This document shows positions 8,511 to 17,140 of a stretch of 18,492 nt of DNA, piece by piece. Where the stretch lies: NCBI GenBank assembly GCA_020353515.1, contig CP070695.1, positions 2,886,639 to 2,905,130 of the forward strand. Reading direction: 5' to 3'. Below the pieces are notes generated by a model. That model searched no databases, was not told the DNA's origin, and was given only the letters and a program-made list of their open reading frames with translations. This DNA comes from Candidatus Heimdallarchaeota archaeon. Its GTDB lineage: Archaea > Asgardarchaeota > Heimdallarchaeia > Hodarchaeales > Hodarchaeaceae. Position 1 is the stretch's first letter. Every line of letters begins with the position of its first letter. The position numbers were made by a program, and so were the translations under genes.

Positions 8511-10730
8511 TTGCAAATGTCTGAATGGGTGTCTGAATCTGAAATAACGGCTCGATTGGGTTATAAAATATTGATTGCTGGCTTAAGTGAAGCTGGGAAG
8601 ACTGCCGTAAAAAGAATTTTCTTTCTTAAACAGCAGACTGAAGATGTTGATAGTCTTTCGGCTACAATCAATTATGAAAGGATGTCACTTACGATCCATG
8701 ATACACCAATCACGATTGTAGACCTTGGTGGACAGAAGATATTCTTAAAACGATTCTTAAGCGGATTTAGCCCATTTGTCTTCAGTAGTGTGAAAACTTT
8801 TGTTTTTCTAATTGATGTGGCCAATAAAACTTCTCGGAATAATGCAATTCAATATTTTCAATCTTGTCTCGAAAAACTCTCAACTTTTTCTCCTGAAGCC
8901 ACAATCTTCGTTTTTCTACATAAAAACGATTTAGTAAGAGACTCACCTAATTATGAAAGTATTCATGAACAGTTAAAGGAACAATTTCAACTAGAATCTT
9001 CCCAAAAACTCAGATTTTTTCGAACTACAATTTACAGACCAGAAACAGTTATTAATAGTTTCGGGCGCATTTTTGAACTAACTATTCCCCAATTAGCTGA
9101 AAGTGAGTTTGTTGATTTTAAAACAATAGGTACAATTGAAGAACATCATGAAGAAGATATGACAATACGAGATTCAACACCTAAAGCTGAAATAGATCAA
9201 AAACCCGAGCCAATTTCTCCTACTGCTCCCAAAATAGCTGGCAATCAAGTAATCTTGAAGAAGTTACAAGGTTTGATGCAGCAAGCTGTAAAAAAAGAGT
9301 TTCCATCAGCATATCATTCCCCAAACCAAATGTCTCAAAAAGCCATATTTCTTGGAAATGCTGCAACAGAAGAATCTACTACGGAAACAATCTTAACTTC
9401 AGCAAAAGTGGTGGAGGAAACACCCACTTCTCCACAAATAGAAACCCAGCCGCATTCTACGCCGGTAGATGAAGAATCCATTGCATCTGAAGCTCAAGAA
9501 ATATTGAAACACGAAATAACAGAAATAAATCCCCAAATCAGTCATTTGGTGGACTTTTTCCGAATAGAAGCAAACGAAGCTGTAGAGATCGTTAATACTG
9601 GGTATGGCGATGTTTTTGAAATGGCAGTTACATCAGGGATTCCAATACCACTTGTAACTGATGTCATGTTGAAATATTTACCCTTTATTCAAAAATCACA
9701 AGGACTTGAGAAATATAAGCTAATAAATCGGGAAAAGTTATTAGAATTATTTCATGTTTTCTTGAAAGGACAATTACAAGAAAAAGATATAGTTAAATGC
9801 CTTGTATTAGTAACAGAAAAACCTAAAATGAGTATTGATGATATTGCAAAGAACTATCTCACTCCAAAGAAAAAGGTAAAAAAGAAGAAAGAAATCAAGG
9901 AGAAAATCCCGCTTGACTTTGCAAAACTAGACATCCCTGTTGAAGCAGAAAGTGTTGAAGGAATTATTACTTTACCCGATACTCAGGGAATGGGCTTTAA
10001 AGTCGAGATTATTAAACCAGAATGTTTGAATGCTCGTTTAACATTCCATTTACAAGGCCCTGTTGGCCAACGAGAACTTATTGGAAGCTCAATAGTTTCA
10101 ACTAAGATTACAAGTCAAGAGATCCTTTATCTTTTAGCTTACGAGATGAATATGACAGGATTGGGTATTTTTGAAGATGGAATCGGTTCTATGAATTTCG
10201 CTGCAAAGATAATTCGTGAGGCAATCCAACAAGTTCGTGAAGAGAACTTAAGCTCCACATCAGAGGTAAAAACCAAGAAAATCCGAAAAGAGGAGGGATA
10301 TCTGACTGAAACCATAAGTTTCATTATTCCTATGGAGATTAAAATTGAGGAAAATCACATTCTCATCCCTGACAGTGAGAAGGTAGCTTTTTTAGTAGAA
10401 AAAGCTAAGAAAGGGCTATTATTAAGTTTCGTCCAGCGAGGTTTTCCCATAGGCCAAGTAAATGTTGCAGACTCCATTACTGTTCCTCAAATTCGAAGAT
10501 TATTAAAAGAAGCAATGCAGATACCAATTGAGTCAGAAGGAGCCGTTGATTTTGCAAGTCGTATTATCCATGCTGCTATAAGAAGTCTAATTGAATCACC
10601 AGAAGCAGTACTTCCAATTAAATCAACAAAAATCCAACCTAAAATTATAGAAAAACCTGTTTTAGAAGAACCAAGAGATGAGACGTCAGAGAAACTCTTG
10701 AGTTACCTAGAACTTCTAGAAAAAGACTGA
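8511..10730 (+). CDS. Rag/Gtr-like GTPase with long C-terminal extension (linker, helical domain, two repeated alpha/beta domains)
   Basis: KILIAGLSEAGKT, SATINY, DLGGQ, FLHKNDL and FRTTIY in the first ~190 aa. Start is TTG 8511 or ATG 8517. Confidence 0.85.
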   Translation: MQMSEWVSESEITARLGYKILIAGLSEAGKTAVKRIFFLKQQTEDVDSLSATINYERMSLTIHDTPITIVDLGGQKIFLKRFLSGFSPFVFSSVKTFVFLIDVANKTSRNNAIQYFQSCLEKLSTFSPEATIFVFLHKNDLVRDSPNYESIHEQLKEQFQLESSQKLRFFRTTIYRPETVINSFGRIFELTIPQLAESEFVDFKTIGTIEEHHEEDMTIRDSTPKAEIDQKPEPISPTAPKIAGNQVILKKLQGLMQQAVKKEFPSAYHSPNQMSQKAIFLGNAATEESTTETILTSAKVVEETPTSPQIETQPHSTPVDEESIASEAQEILKHEITEINPQISHLVDFFRIEANEAVEIVNTGYGDVFEMAVTSGIPIPLVTDVMLKYLPFIQKSQGLEKYKLINREKLLELFHVFLKGQLQEKDIVKCLVLVTEKPKMSIDDIAKNYLTPKKKVKKKKEIKEKIPLDFAKLDIPVEAESVEGIITLPDTQGMGFKVEIIKPECLNARLTFHLQGPVGQRELIGSSIVSTKITSQEILYLLAYEMNMTGLGIFEDGIGSMNFAAKIIREAIQQVREENLSSTSEVKTKKIRKEEGYLTETISFIIPMEIKIEENHILIPDSEKVAFLVEKAKKGLLLSFVQRGFPIGQVNVADSITVPQIRRLLKEAMQIPIESEGAVDFASRIIHAAIRSLIESPEAVLPIKSTKIQPKIIEKPVLEEPRDETSEKLLSYLELLEKD
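9927..10589 (+). repeat. Protein-level tandem duplication of a ~90-105 aa domain
   Basis: Copy 1 (~9927-10235): IPVE..IITLPDTQGMGFKVE..IGSSIVSTKITSQEILYLL..MNFAAKIIREAI. Copy 2 (~10320-10589): IPME..HILIPDSEKVAFLVE..IGQVNVADSITVPQIRRLL..VDFASRIIHAAI. Confidence 0.75.
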
Positions 10731-10737
10731 AAAACAA

Positions 10738-10749
10738 TTCTTTTCTTTT
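10738..10749 (+). terminator. Possible oligo-T archaeal terminator between convergent genes
   Basis: T-rich tract a few nt after the stop at 10730. Confidence 0.35.
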
Positions 10750-10780
10750 ACAATTTATACTGTAAAGGAAGTGAAATTTT

Positions 10781-12106
10781 TCACTTGTGATCTTCAGTAG
10801 TGGTCATATATTTTCCAAAAAGATTCAAAATATCATCCATTGCAATTTGGAGTTGTTCCCGATTTACTCCTTTCGATCTTTCAAACCAACCGCGTTTAAT
10901 CGTTGATTTTGAGTCGTCATGATATGCTATTAAATTTGTAGCGTCATTGAAGACATCACGTAGTTCTGGAATAAGAGGTAAACCAAAGAGTAAGAGAATA
11001 GAAGACCGGTCTATATTTGGATCATCATAAGTCACAAATGATGGTTGTATCGATCCGCCTTTTACAAGGTAAGGTGCAAGAATCTTTTTTAAGTGAGCTG
11101 AATATTCTAGCTTAGCTATATCCTTATGTCCACTAAAAATGGAATAAACAGAACCAGCCATGGGTTTTGTTTCAATATCAGTTAAAGAACAGTGATTAAC
11201 AGCATATCTTGCTGCGAGAGCCATCTGTTTTTCCATACTACCATATTTAGGTAGAAAGTACATATCCTCGAAATAACAAGGAACCACCACTGGATCCAAT
11301 CTTCGGGAATAATCAGCTAGATCTGTAGTTGGCATGACTTTTTTGCCTGGTTCCTGAATGCTTGGGGAAAGAATTGCCTCTATAGTTTGTAAAGCCAACG
11401 GATTTACCAACTGAGTAAATTCTACCTCTGTTTCCATTCGCTGTTGCTCATCACTTGAAGCTAAGTCAGCAGAATCAATGCCTAAAGATTGGTCTAGTAA
11501 TGCACTTGCACGCCCCTCCCTCCAAGCCATAACCCTTTTTAACATTGTTTTATTTGATAATAAAAAGATCAAATTAGGCCCTTTGTTTGGTTCTAATTGA
11601 TTTCTTAATAAGGTTGATAACGACCAGATTGAGTTTATTGCTTCTGATGATTGATTCTCAAACGGTAAAACACCAAATACATAAATAAAAATTCGTCGTT
11701 CTTCTGAAAATTGCTTATGGAGAAGTTCTACTAGTGCTGGGGTTCCACCACAACCAGTACCACCTCCAAGACTGGTTAGAATGATAAAACCAGAGACCCC
11801 CTCATATCCAAGTCCTTTTAATTGATTAAGAATAAGATCCTGATTTTTTATGACAAGATCATAACCTTCCTTAAATTTTCCTCCCACACCTATTTCTTCA
11901 TCAGAATACATCAGAGTATTTTGGTTAGGAATTGAATACTCAGTACGTGTTTTCATAAGATCAGTCTTATCAGTGTTTATTATAAGATATTCACGGATAC
12001 GAGATGCTCCTGTTTGTTTCTTACTTTTTTGGATGTAGGAACCTACAAGATTTGAGCCACATTCTCCTGCTCCAATTATGAATACATCTGCTTCTCTACT
12101 TACCAC
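10781..12106 (-). CDS. Tubulin/FtsZ/CetZ-superfamily GTPase, divergent, with tubulin-like C-terminal helices
   Basis: T1 IIGAGECGSNL, T2 INTDKTDL, T3 GVGG, signature SLGGGTGCGG, VLPF, LSN, T7 TTDLADY. GTG start with AGGAGG SD. Confidence 0.92.
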   Translation of the reverse strand: MVSREADVFIIGAGECGSNLVGSYIQKSKKQTGASRIREYLIINTDKTDLMKTRTEYSIPNQNTLMYSDEEIGVGGKFKEGYDLVIKNQDLILNQLKGLGYEGVSGFIILTSLGGGTGCGGTPALVELLHKQFSEERRIFIYVFGVLPFENQSSEAINSIWSLSTLLRNQLEPNKGPNLIFLLSNKTMLKRVMAWREGRASALLDQSLGIDSADLASSDEQQRMETEVEFTQLVNPLALQTIEAILSPSIQEPGKKVMPTTDLADYSRRLDPVVVPCYFEDMYFLPKYGSMEKQMALAARYAVNHCSLTDIETKPMAGSVYSIFSGHKDIAKLEYSAHLKKILAPYLVKGGSIQPSFVTYDDPNIDRSSILLLFGLPLIPELRDVFNDATNLIAYHDDSKSTIKRGWFERSKGVNREQLQIAMDDILNLFGKYMTTTEDHK

Positions 12107-12114
12107 AATAGGAT

Positions 12115-12120
12115 CCTCCT
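12115..12120 (-). promoter_or_regulatory. Shine-Dalgarno AGGAGG overlapping the upstream gene's TAG
   Basis: Plus-strand cctcct at 12115-12120; upstream stop at 12121-12119; 8 nt to GTG 12106. Confidence 0.75.
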
Positions 12121-15100
12121 ATCTATTTGTTACATAGAGTTCTACCGCTGAAGATAAATATTGAATCATCGGTTGATGATTATATGCTTCCTCAATTTCT
12201 CGTTTGGCATTTGCAATATAAGTTATCTGTTCATCACTGTTAGTCGTTGGTTTATAATCACTAATAAATAAAAAGAGAACATTGTGCCATTTTGAAATCA
12301 CTGGTAACCAATCTTGCTTCCATTGCGTTTTTAATTTGGAGATTGTTGTTAAAAGATCATAAATTTCCATTAGATTAGCTGATGATTGAATTTTTTCTCT
12401 TGCAGCATTTAATTCATTGAGTGAGAAAATCTCTTTTGAGCATTCTTCAAGTTTAAATCGAAAAACTTCTTGAATACTCTGATAATATGGTAATCTTGGA
12501 TCAGTTTCTAGTTCAGATAAGTAACTATCAAAGTTCTCCTGTTCTAATTGTCGAATAGCCTGAATGAGTTCCTTTGACCTTTGTATTACTTCAACTGTTG
12601 ACTTAGCGATGAGATCAAAGGACCAAAATTGAATCGCTACTTTTGCTTGTTTAATTGCGACAACTTGAGGCATTAATAAATGTTGAGCGTTTTTCCAACC
12701 TAATGCTTGAACAAAATCAAATATCCTACCAGCAATGTCATTATTATCTTCAATTATTTTAAATAATGATTTCTGAAGCTCCTCATTTTTTAATATCTTA
12801 TCCAGTTCTACAAAAGATTGAGTAATCATTTCAATAGACATCATATCAGAAGAATCTGCTTGAACTAACTGTGTAAAGACTTCGATTTGTTCTCCTACTA
12901 AATTTTGGAGACTAATTCCAAGAGCTTGAAGTTCAGCAATCCGCATGAGTAAGTTTTTGCTTGAGATGCTTAGGAGTTCCATAAGTTTTGCTAATAAGAC
13001 ATATTCGTAATCATGGATGGTTTCAATGACCAAACGATGGATAGATTCAAGAGTTTGATCTTTTCTGGGAATTGTGCTCTCTAAATAGCTATAGACCTTA
13101 CGAACTTCTGGGGAAACCTCTCCCATTACTTCTGTGATTCGGGGAAGACTAACTGTGACCTTATTGTAATAGAAAGCTTTTAATTTCTCAAGACATTCTT
13201 GGGATTTACTAGTTGCGCTACTAAGATAAAATTCAAACTTTGACAACGCTTCTTCTGCGCCTAATGATAGGTTTAATTCTGATAAGGCGGAATCAAGTAT
13301 CAGAAATAGAGGATTAAAAATAGCTGAATAATGTGGTGGCAGAGATTTGTACTGTTTTAACCAGTTTGACAAGATTTCCCGACATTTTAGCTGGACTAGT
13401 TCTGTTTTTTTATTGTTAAATGTGGATAAACGGAACCATAATTCTAAGAGCTCAGAGTAATCCAAAGCTTCAAGATCTCTAGGAATTTCAAAAATAGGAT
13501 CTGATCCAATTACCTCGTTGAAGTATTTTAAGGATGATTGGTTTGTCCTTTCCATTAGATCAATCTGTTTTAAGGTTTCTTCGATCATCAGATTTTTAGA
13601 AGAAGACATCACTTTTTTGAAGTCAAAATAAGCTCTAATTGTGGAGACGAAATTTCGACTAGCCGCAGTTCCAGTTAATTGGGTTAATAGAGTGTTTTTC
13701 TCTTTTCTCAAATCTACTGGAACCTCTCCAGGTATCATTGGAAATGTCAAAGAATCAATTTTATTTTTGAGAAATGAAATTACTTCTCGTTTCCATTCCT
13801 CTACTTTTTCAATTCTACTAAGTAATTCAGATAGGTCCAACTCACTAGCATCTTCAACAAATGGAGGACGGGGAATCTGTGAATCTGATTCAAGTAACTG
13901 TAGCACTGTAACGTCTTTTAAGAAGTCCTTTATGAATGCGGCCGTTAATGTAACAAATTGTTTATATAATCGTTCATAAGATCGTCGGTACAGTAAAAGA
14001 GTTTGTACTTCGGATTCTGAAGCCATCTTCTCATAAAGAGATGTAAGTTCAGCTTGAAAATTAGGCGGAAAACTGCTTATTCCCTTTCTTTCTAATTGGT
14101 TAACATTGATTATTGTGTCATTTACGGCGTGTCTAGTCTCCTGTAAAACATTAACTAGCCTGTGTTTCCAAATAGTGACTGCTCGAAGATAACTTAATAA
14201 CTCAGAAGGACTGTCAGATTGCAGATTAACATTTGGTGGTTTGAGTGATATCAATGCACTGGAGTCAGAATCAGTGAAATCCAAGCTCAAACTGTCACTA
14301 ATCTTGTCACGTAGAATATTAAGAAACTCATTATAATAAGTTTGAAAATGTTTCAATTTTCTTACTGCTTCTTCAATATTAACTTCTTCTTGGACCTGAT
14401 TAGCACTTTCAGTTGCATTTGCTAATAAAGTATTGGGTATACTAACCCCCTCCTGAAGAGCTCCCTCTGTGACTTGCTTCATTTCTTCAACAGAAGCAAA
14501 TTTCTTTATCCCGCCGAGAATCTGGCTTTTCCATTTATTTATCTTTTCAAAATAGGTCATTAATTCAGTGATAGAAGCTTTTGGATCTAATTCAGGAGGT
14601 GAAGCCATCCATTTGTCTGTGAGTGCAGGGAACATTCCTTGAATCTGGACGATTAAATTTCTTGTTGTTGTTCTTGCACGTGTTATCTCTGATTTAAGCG
14701 TTGTTCTGTATTTTGTAGTATATTGTGAGATTTTAGAGTTTAGTTGATTCAGCTCACCAATCGATTTTGCCATTTCAATCTGATTAATAATCTCTTTAAT
14801 TCCATGGTATTCCTCCATATCGGGAATGATTTTCCTTTTAGCTCCCTCTTGGATAGAATAAATTAAATCATGAGCTGACTGCAGTAATTTCTCTTGAACA
14901 GTTTCAGATGATACAGTAAGTTGTTGATTAATGAGTTCCTCTTCTTTTTTAAGAGTAGAATACGATTTTAATAAATCAGAGATCGCAAGAGAATTGAGAG
15001 TGTCTTTTGTTAGGATTTTTGTTTGTTGATATATACTTGCGTCGAGAGAGATGAGATCTTTATACATTTCTATTTTAGATTGGTTATCGTTCAGAATTAC

Positions 15101-15541
15101 TTCGCAAAGTGATCTTATTTGCATAGTTGTTTCAGCTTGAACTTTCTCTACTTCTTCAAGAAAAGATGACATTGTATCAATTTCTGAAGTCAATGGAAAC
15201 CTCAGATTCCTTAAAAAACTCGCAGCTTGGGGAGCAACAGCTGATAGGGCTTGGATTTGAGTTTCAAGGAGAGGTTTTAGATCTTTTATCAAAGAATTAA
15301 AGATACATTGCAAACAAGCTTCCTCAGATCCCATTAAATCCGACTGTAACTCTTCCTGTTGCTTTTTTAATCCCCGTTTAGCGAGTCGTCCAGCTTTATC
15401 AACTTCTGCTTCTAACTGAGATTTTTGCTGAATAAGCTTAGATAACTTTGTCAGTTCAGGTGCGCAAACAGGTTTTGAGAGGAGCTTATTAATTTTGGAA
15501 AGAATTTCTGATATTAAGGTTAAGTTATCTGAAGACATCAA
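12119..15541 (-). CDS. Large all-alpha-helical repeat/coiled-coil protein of unknown function
   Basis: 1140 aa rich in L/E/K/Q/S, with no evident TM segment or P-loop and a ~120-127 aa internal period. Start is probably ATG 15538. Confidence 0.8.
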   Translation of the reverse strand: MMSSDNLTLISEILSKINKLLSKPVCAPELTKLSKLIQQKSQLEAEVDKAGRLAKRGLKKQQEELQSDLMGSEEACLQCIFNSLIKDLKPLLETQIQALSAVAPQAASFLRNLRFPLTSEIDTMSSFLEEVEKVQAETTMQIRSLCEVILNDNQSKIEMYKDLISLDASIYQQTKILTKDTLNSLAISDLLKSYSTLKKEEELINQQLTVSSETVQEKLLQSAHDLIYSIQEGAKRKIIPDMEEYHGIKEIINQIEMAKSIGELNQLNSKISQYTTKYRTTLKSEITRARTTTRNLIVQIQGMFPALTDKWMASPPELDPKASITELMTYFEKINKWKSQILGGIKKFASVEEMKQVTEGALQEGVSIPNTLLANATESANQVQEEVNIEEAVRKLKHFQTYYNEFLNILRDKISDSLSLDFTDSDSSALISLKPPNVNLQSDSPSELLSYLRAVTIWKHRLVNVLQETRHAVNDTIINVNQLERKGISSFPPNFQAELTSLYEKMASESEVQTLLLYRRSYERLYKQFVTLTAAFIKDFLKDVTVLQLLESDSQIPRPPFVEDASELDLSELLSRIEKVEEWKREVISFLKNKIDSLTFPMIPGEVPVDLRKEKNTLLTQLTGTAASRNFVSTIRAYFDFKKVMSSSKNLMIEETLKQIDLMERTNQSSLKYFNEVIGSDPIFEIPRDLEALDYSELLELWFRLSTFNNKKTELVQLKCREILSNWLKQYKSLPPHYSAIFNPLFLILDSALSELNLSLGAEEALSKFEFYLSSATSKSQECLEKLKAFYYNKVTVSLPRITEVMGEVSPEVRKVYSYLESTIPRKDQTLESIHRLVIETIHDYEYVLLAKLMELLSISSKNLLMRIAELQALGISLQNLVGEQIEVFTQLVQADSSDMMSIEMITQSFVELDKILKNEELQKSLFKIIEDNNDIAGRIFDFVQALGWKNAQHLLMPQVVAIKQAKVAIQFWSFDLIAKSTVEVIQRSKELIQAIRQLEQENFDSYLSELETDPRLPYYQSIQEVFRFKLEECSKEIFSLNELNAAREKIQSSANLMEIYDLLTTISKLKTQWKQDWLPVISKWHNVLFLFISDYKPTTNSDEQITYIANAKREIEEAYNHQPMIQYLSSAVELYVTNR
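13390..14602 (-). repeat. Protein-level helical repeats, period ~120-127 aa
   Basis: aa~314 SPPELDPKASITELMTYFEKINKWK; ~434 KPPNVNLQSDSPSELLSYLRAVTIWK; ~558 RPPFVEDASELDLSELLSRIEKVEEWK; ~685 EIPRDLEALDYSELLELWFRL. Confidence 0.7.
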
Positions 15542-15603
15542 TGGCCATCCCTATTGACTACTTTTTACTTGTCATTTTTAAAATAGTTTATATTACAAAT
15601 CGA

Positions 15604-16539
15604 TCATATTTCAGTACTAGAGGATTGAATCTGATCCAATGCTAGAGAACAACGAGCAATATATTCCGCAATTTCTTTAACCTGAGATCTAAGTGTTTTT
15701 CGTACAGTTAGATCTACAAATCGAAATGGAACATTTGACAAATCTTCCCCTGTAGTTCCCAAGATTGTCTCTGTGATTTCATTGAGCTTTTTAGAAATAT
15801 GTGTAGACATAACCGAGACATATTTTGCCCTTTCATCTTGAATCATAAGGCCAAGACTTAATCGGTGTAATTGTCCTTTATCTAACCATTTTGCAGGAGT
15901 ATAGATGAATATAGAGAAAGATTTATCAGCAACTTCAAGATTAAGCACAGAGGAGCCAAGATCTTTTCCAAATTGATCATCTTTTTGTGTTGACTCTTCG
16001 ATCTGTTTTTCAGCAAATAGAGAAAATACATCCAAAATTTCCTTTTTATCGACATCTGTAAATTCAAGAATTGTTTCCCAAAGGCTAGAAGTTGAACCTT
16101 GAAGTGCTGAAAAAAAATCAATTATTATTACAACATTGGCTTCCTTCATAACATTGTAGACTTCTTCATAAGGTATAGTTTCAGAAAGAGCTACCATACT
16201 TTGAAAAGTAGAAGCATCAGCTTCTAATAATGAAACAAACTCCGTTTCTGCTGAACTTGTTTCTCCGACTTCTTCCCCAAAAGCCATAAAAGCAATGTCT
16301 TCAAGATCCATCTCTTGAAGTTCTTGCTTTTGCTTTTCCCTCTCTTGTATATCTGAGAATAGAGCGTCGACCATTGATGAATCATAAAATAATTGATAAA
16401 TCCTCATCATAAGATCATCTAAACTCTTACCTTCTCCATCTTCCATATATTCTTTTAAAATTGACCGCATGACAACATGTTTCGCAATTCGTGCACCACG
16501 AACTTGATCTTCCACTTCTTCTGTGACAAATTGGGACAT
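15604..16539 (-). CDS. Hypothetical protein: acidic helical N-terminus plus possible degenerate longin/uDENN-like domain
   Basis: 311-aa ORF with ATG start. VVIIIDFFSALQGS and FSIFIYTP..WLDKGQLHRLSLGLMI follow the longin strand order. CDS is secure; the domain is tentative. Confidence 0.55.
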   Translation of the reverse strand: MSQFVTEEVEDQVRGARIAKHVVMRSILKEYMEDGEGKSLDDLMMRIYQLFYDSSMVDALFSDIQEREKQKQELQEMDLEDIAFMAFGEEVGETSSAETEFVSLLEADASTFQSMVALSETIPYEEVYNVMKEANVVIIIDFFSALQGSTSSLWETILEFTDVDKKEILDVFSLFAEKQIEESTQKDDQFGKDLGSSVLNLEVADKSFSIFIYTPAKWLDKGQLHRLSLGLMIQDERAKYVSVMSTHISKKLNEITETILGTTGEDLSNVPFRFVDLTVRKTLRSQVKEIAEYIARCSLALDQIQSSSTEI

Positions 16540-16728
16540 TTTTCTTCATCTTAACAGAAATGTTAATCCCATTAATTATTTAATAATTAAATATTCAATC
16601 GAGTTCAGTTTATAAGTTATCATGCTAATCATAATTAAACCTTTTTTAAATCTTCTAATTGTAAAAACCTATTACACTAGTCTCTTCTCTCTTCGACATG
16701 AGAAGTGAAAGTTTCTTCATATTTAATA

Positions 16729-17094
16729 TTAATGTGTGATTCTTAGTATTATATTGTCGAGTTCTTTTGATTTTATAATAAGGTATTGAAAATTTATTCT
16801 TTTTTTTTTTCCGACTCGTTCCCACACCTTTTTTAGAGTTTGTTTTGTCCAAATCATTCCTGAATTCTTTGAACATGGCTGTTTATACACTTTCTCAATC
16901 TTGAATGATGTTCCTAGACCTTCATCATCAATGTTCCAAAATGAAGCCAGTATTTCCGTAAGATCCCAAGCTTCTGCAGCAGAAGATGCTGATATAAAGG
17001 CGCAATTATCTACTCGTCTATCATCTAGTACTATTGTGAATTTTACATAGAAGATTTTTTCAATTAATCCGTCATTGGACATATTTCTTTCCAA
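16729..17094 (-). CDS. Small hypothetical protein
   Basis: 121-aa ORF filling the gap and co-oriented with its neighbours. AAGGGG lies upstream of the TTG (alternative ATG 17082). The C-terminus after an A11 tract is uncertain. Confidence 0.5.
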   Translation of the reverse strand: MERNMSNDGLIEKIFYVKFTIVLDDRRVDNCAFISASSAAEAWDLTEILASFWNIDDEGLGTSFKIEKVYKQPCSKNSGMIWTKQTLKKVWERVGKKKRINFQYLIIKSKELDNIILRITH

Positions 17095-17140
17095 ATGATC
17101 TTCCCCTTAGTTAATTTATCTATTATAGCGCCATAAATCA

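Noticed and set aside
7202-10730. Calling the pair a RagA-RagC heterodimer
   Set aside because: Both have DxGGQ (neither has RagC-type DxPGQ), and the long one has no evident roadblock domain after the G domain.
10781-12106. Naming it ftsZ, cetZ or alpha/beta-tubulin
   Set aside because: Motifs are mixed: no MREI start, no acidic tail and no FtsZ GGGGxN. Assignment needs phylogeny.
12119-15541. SMC/Rad50 or dynamin identity
   Set aside because: No Walker A/B, ABC signature or G-motifs seen.
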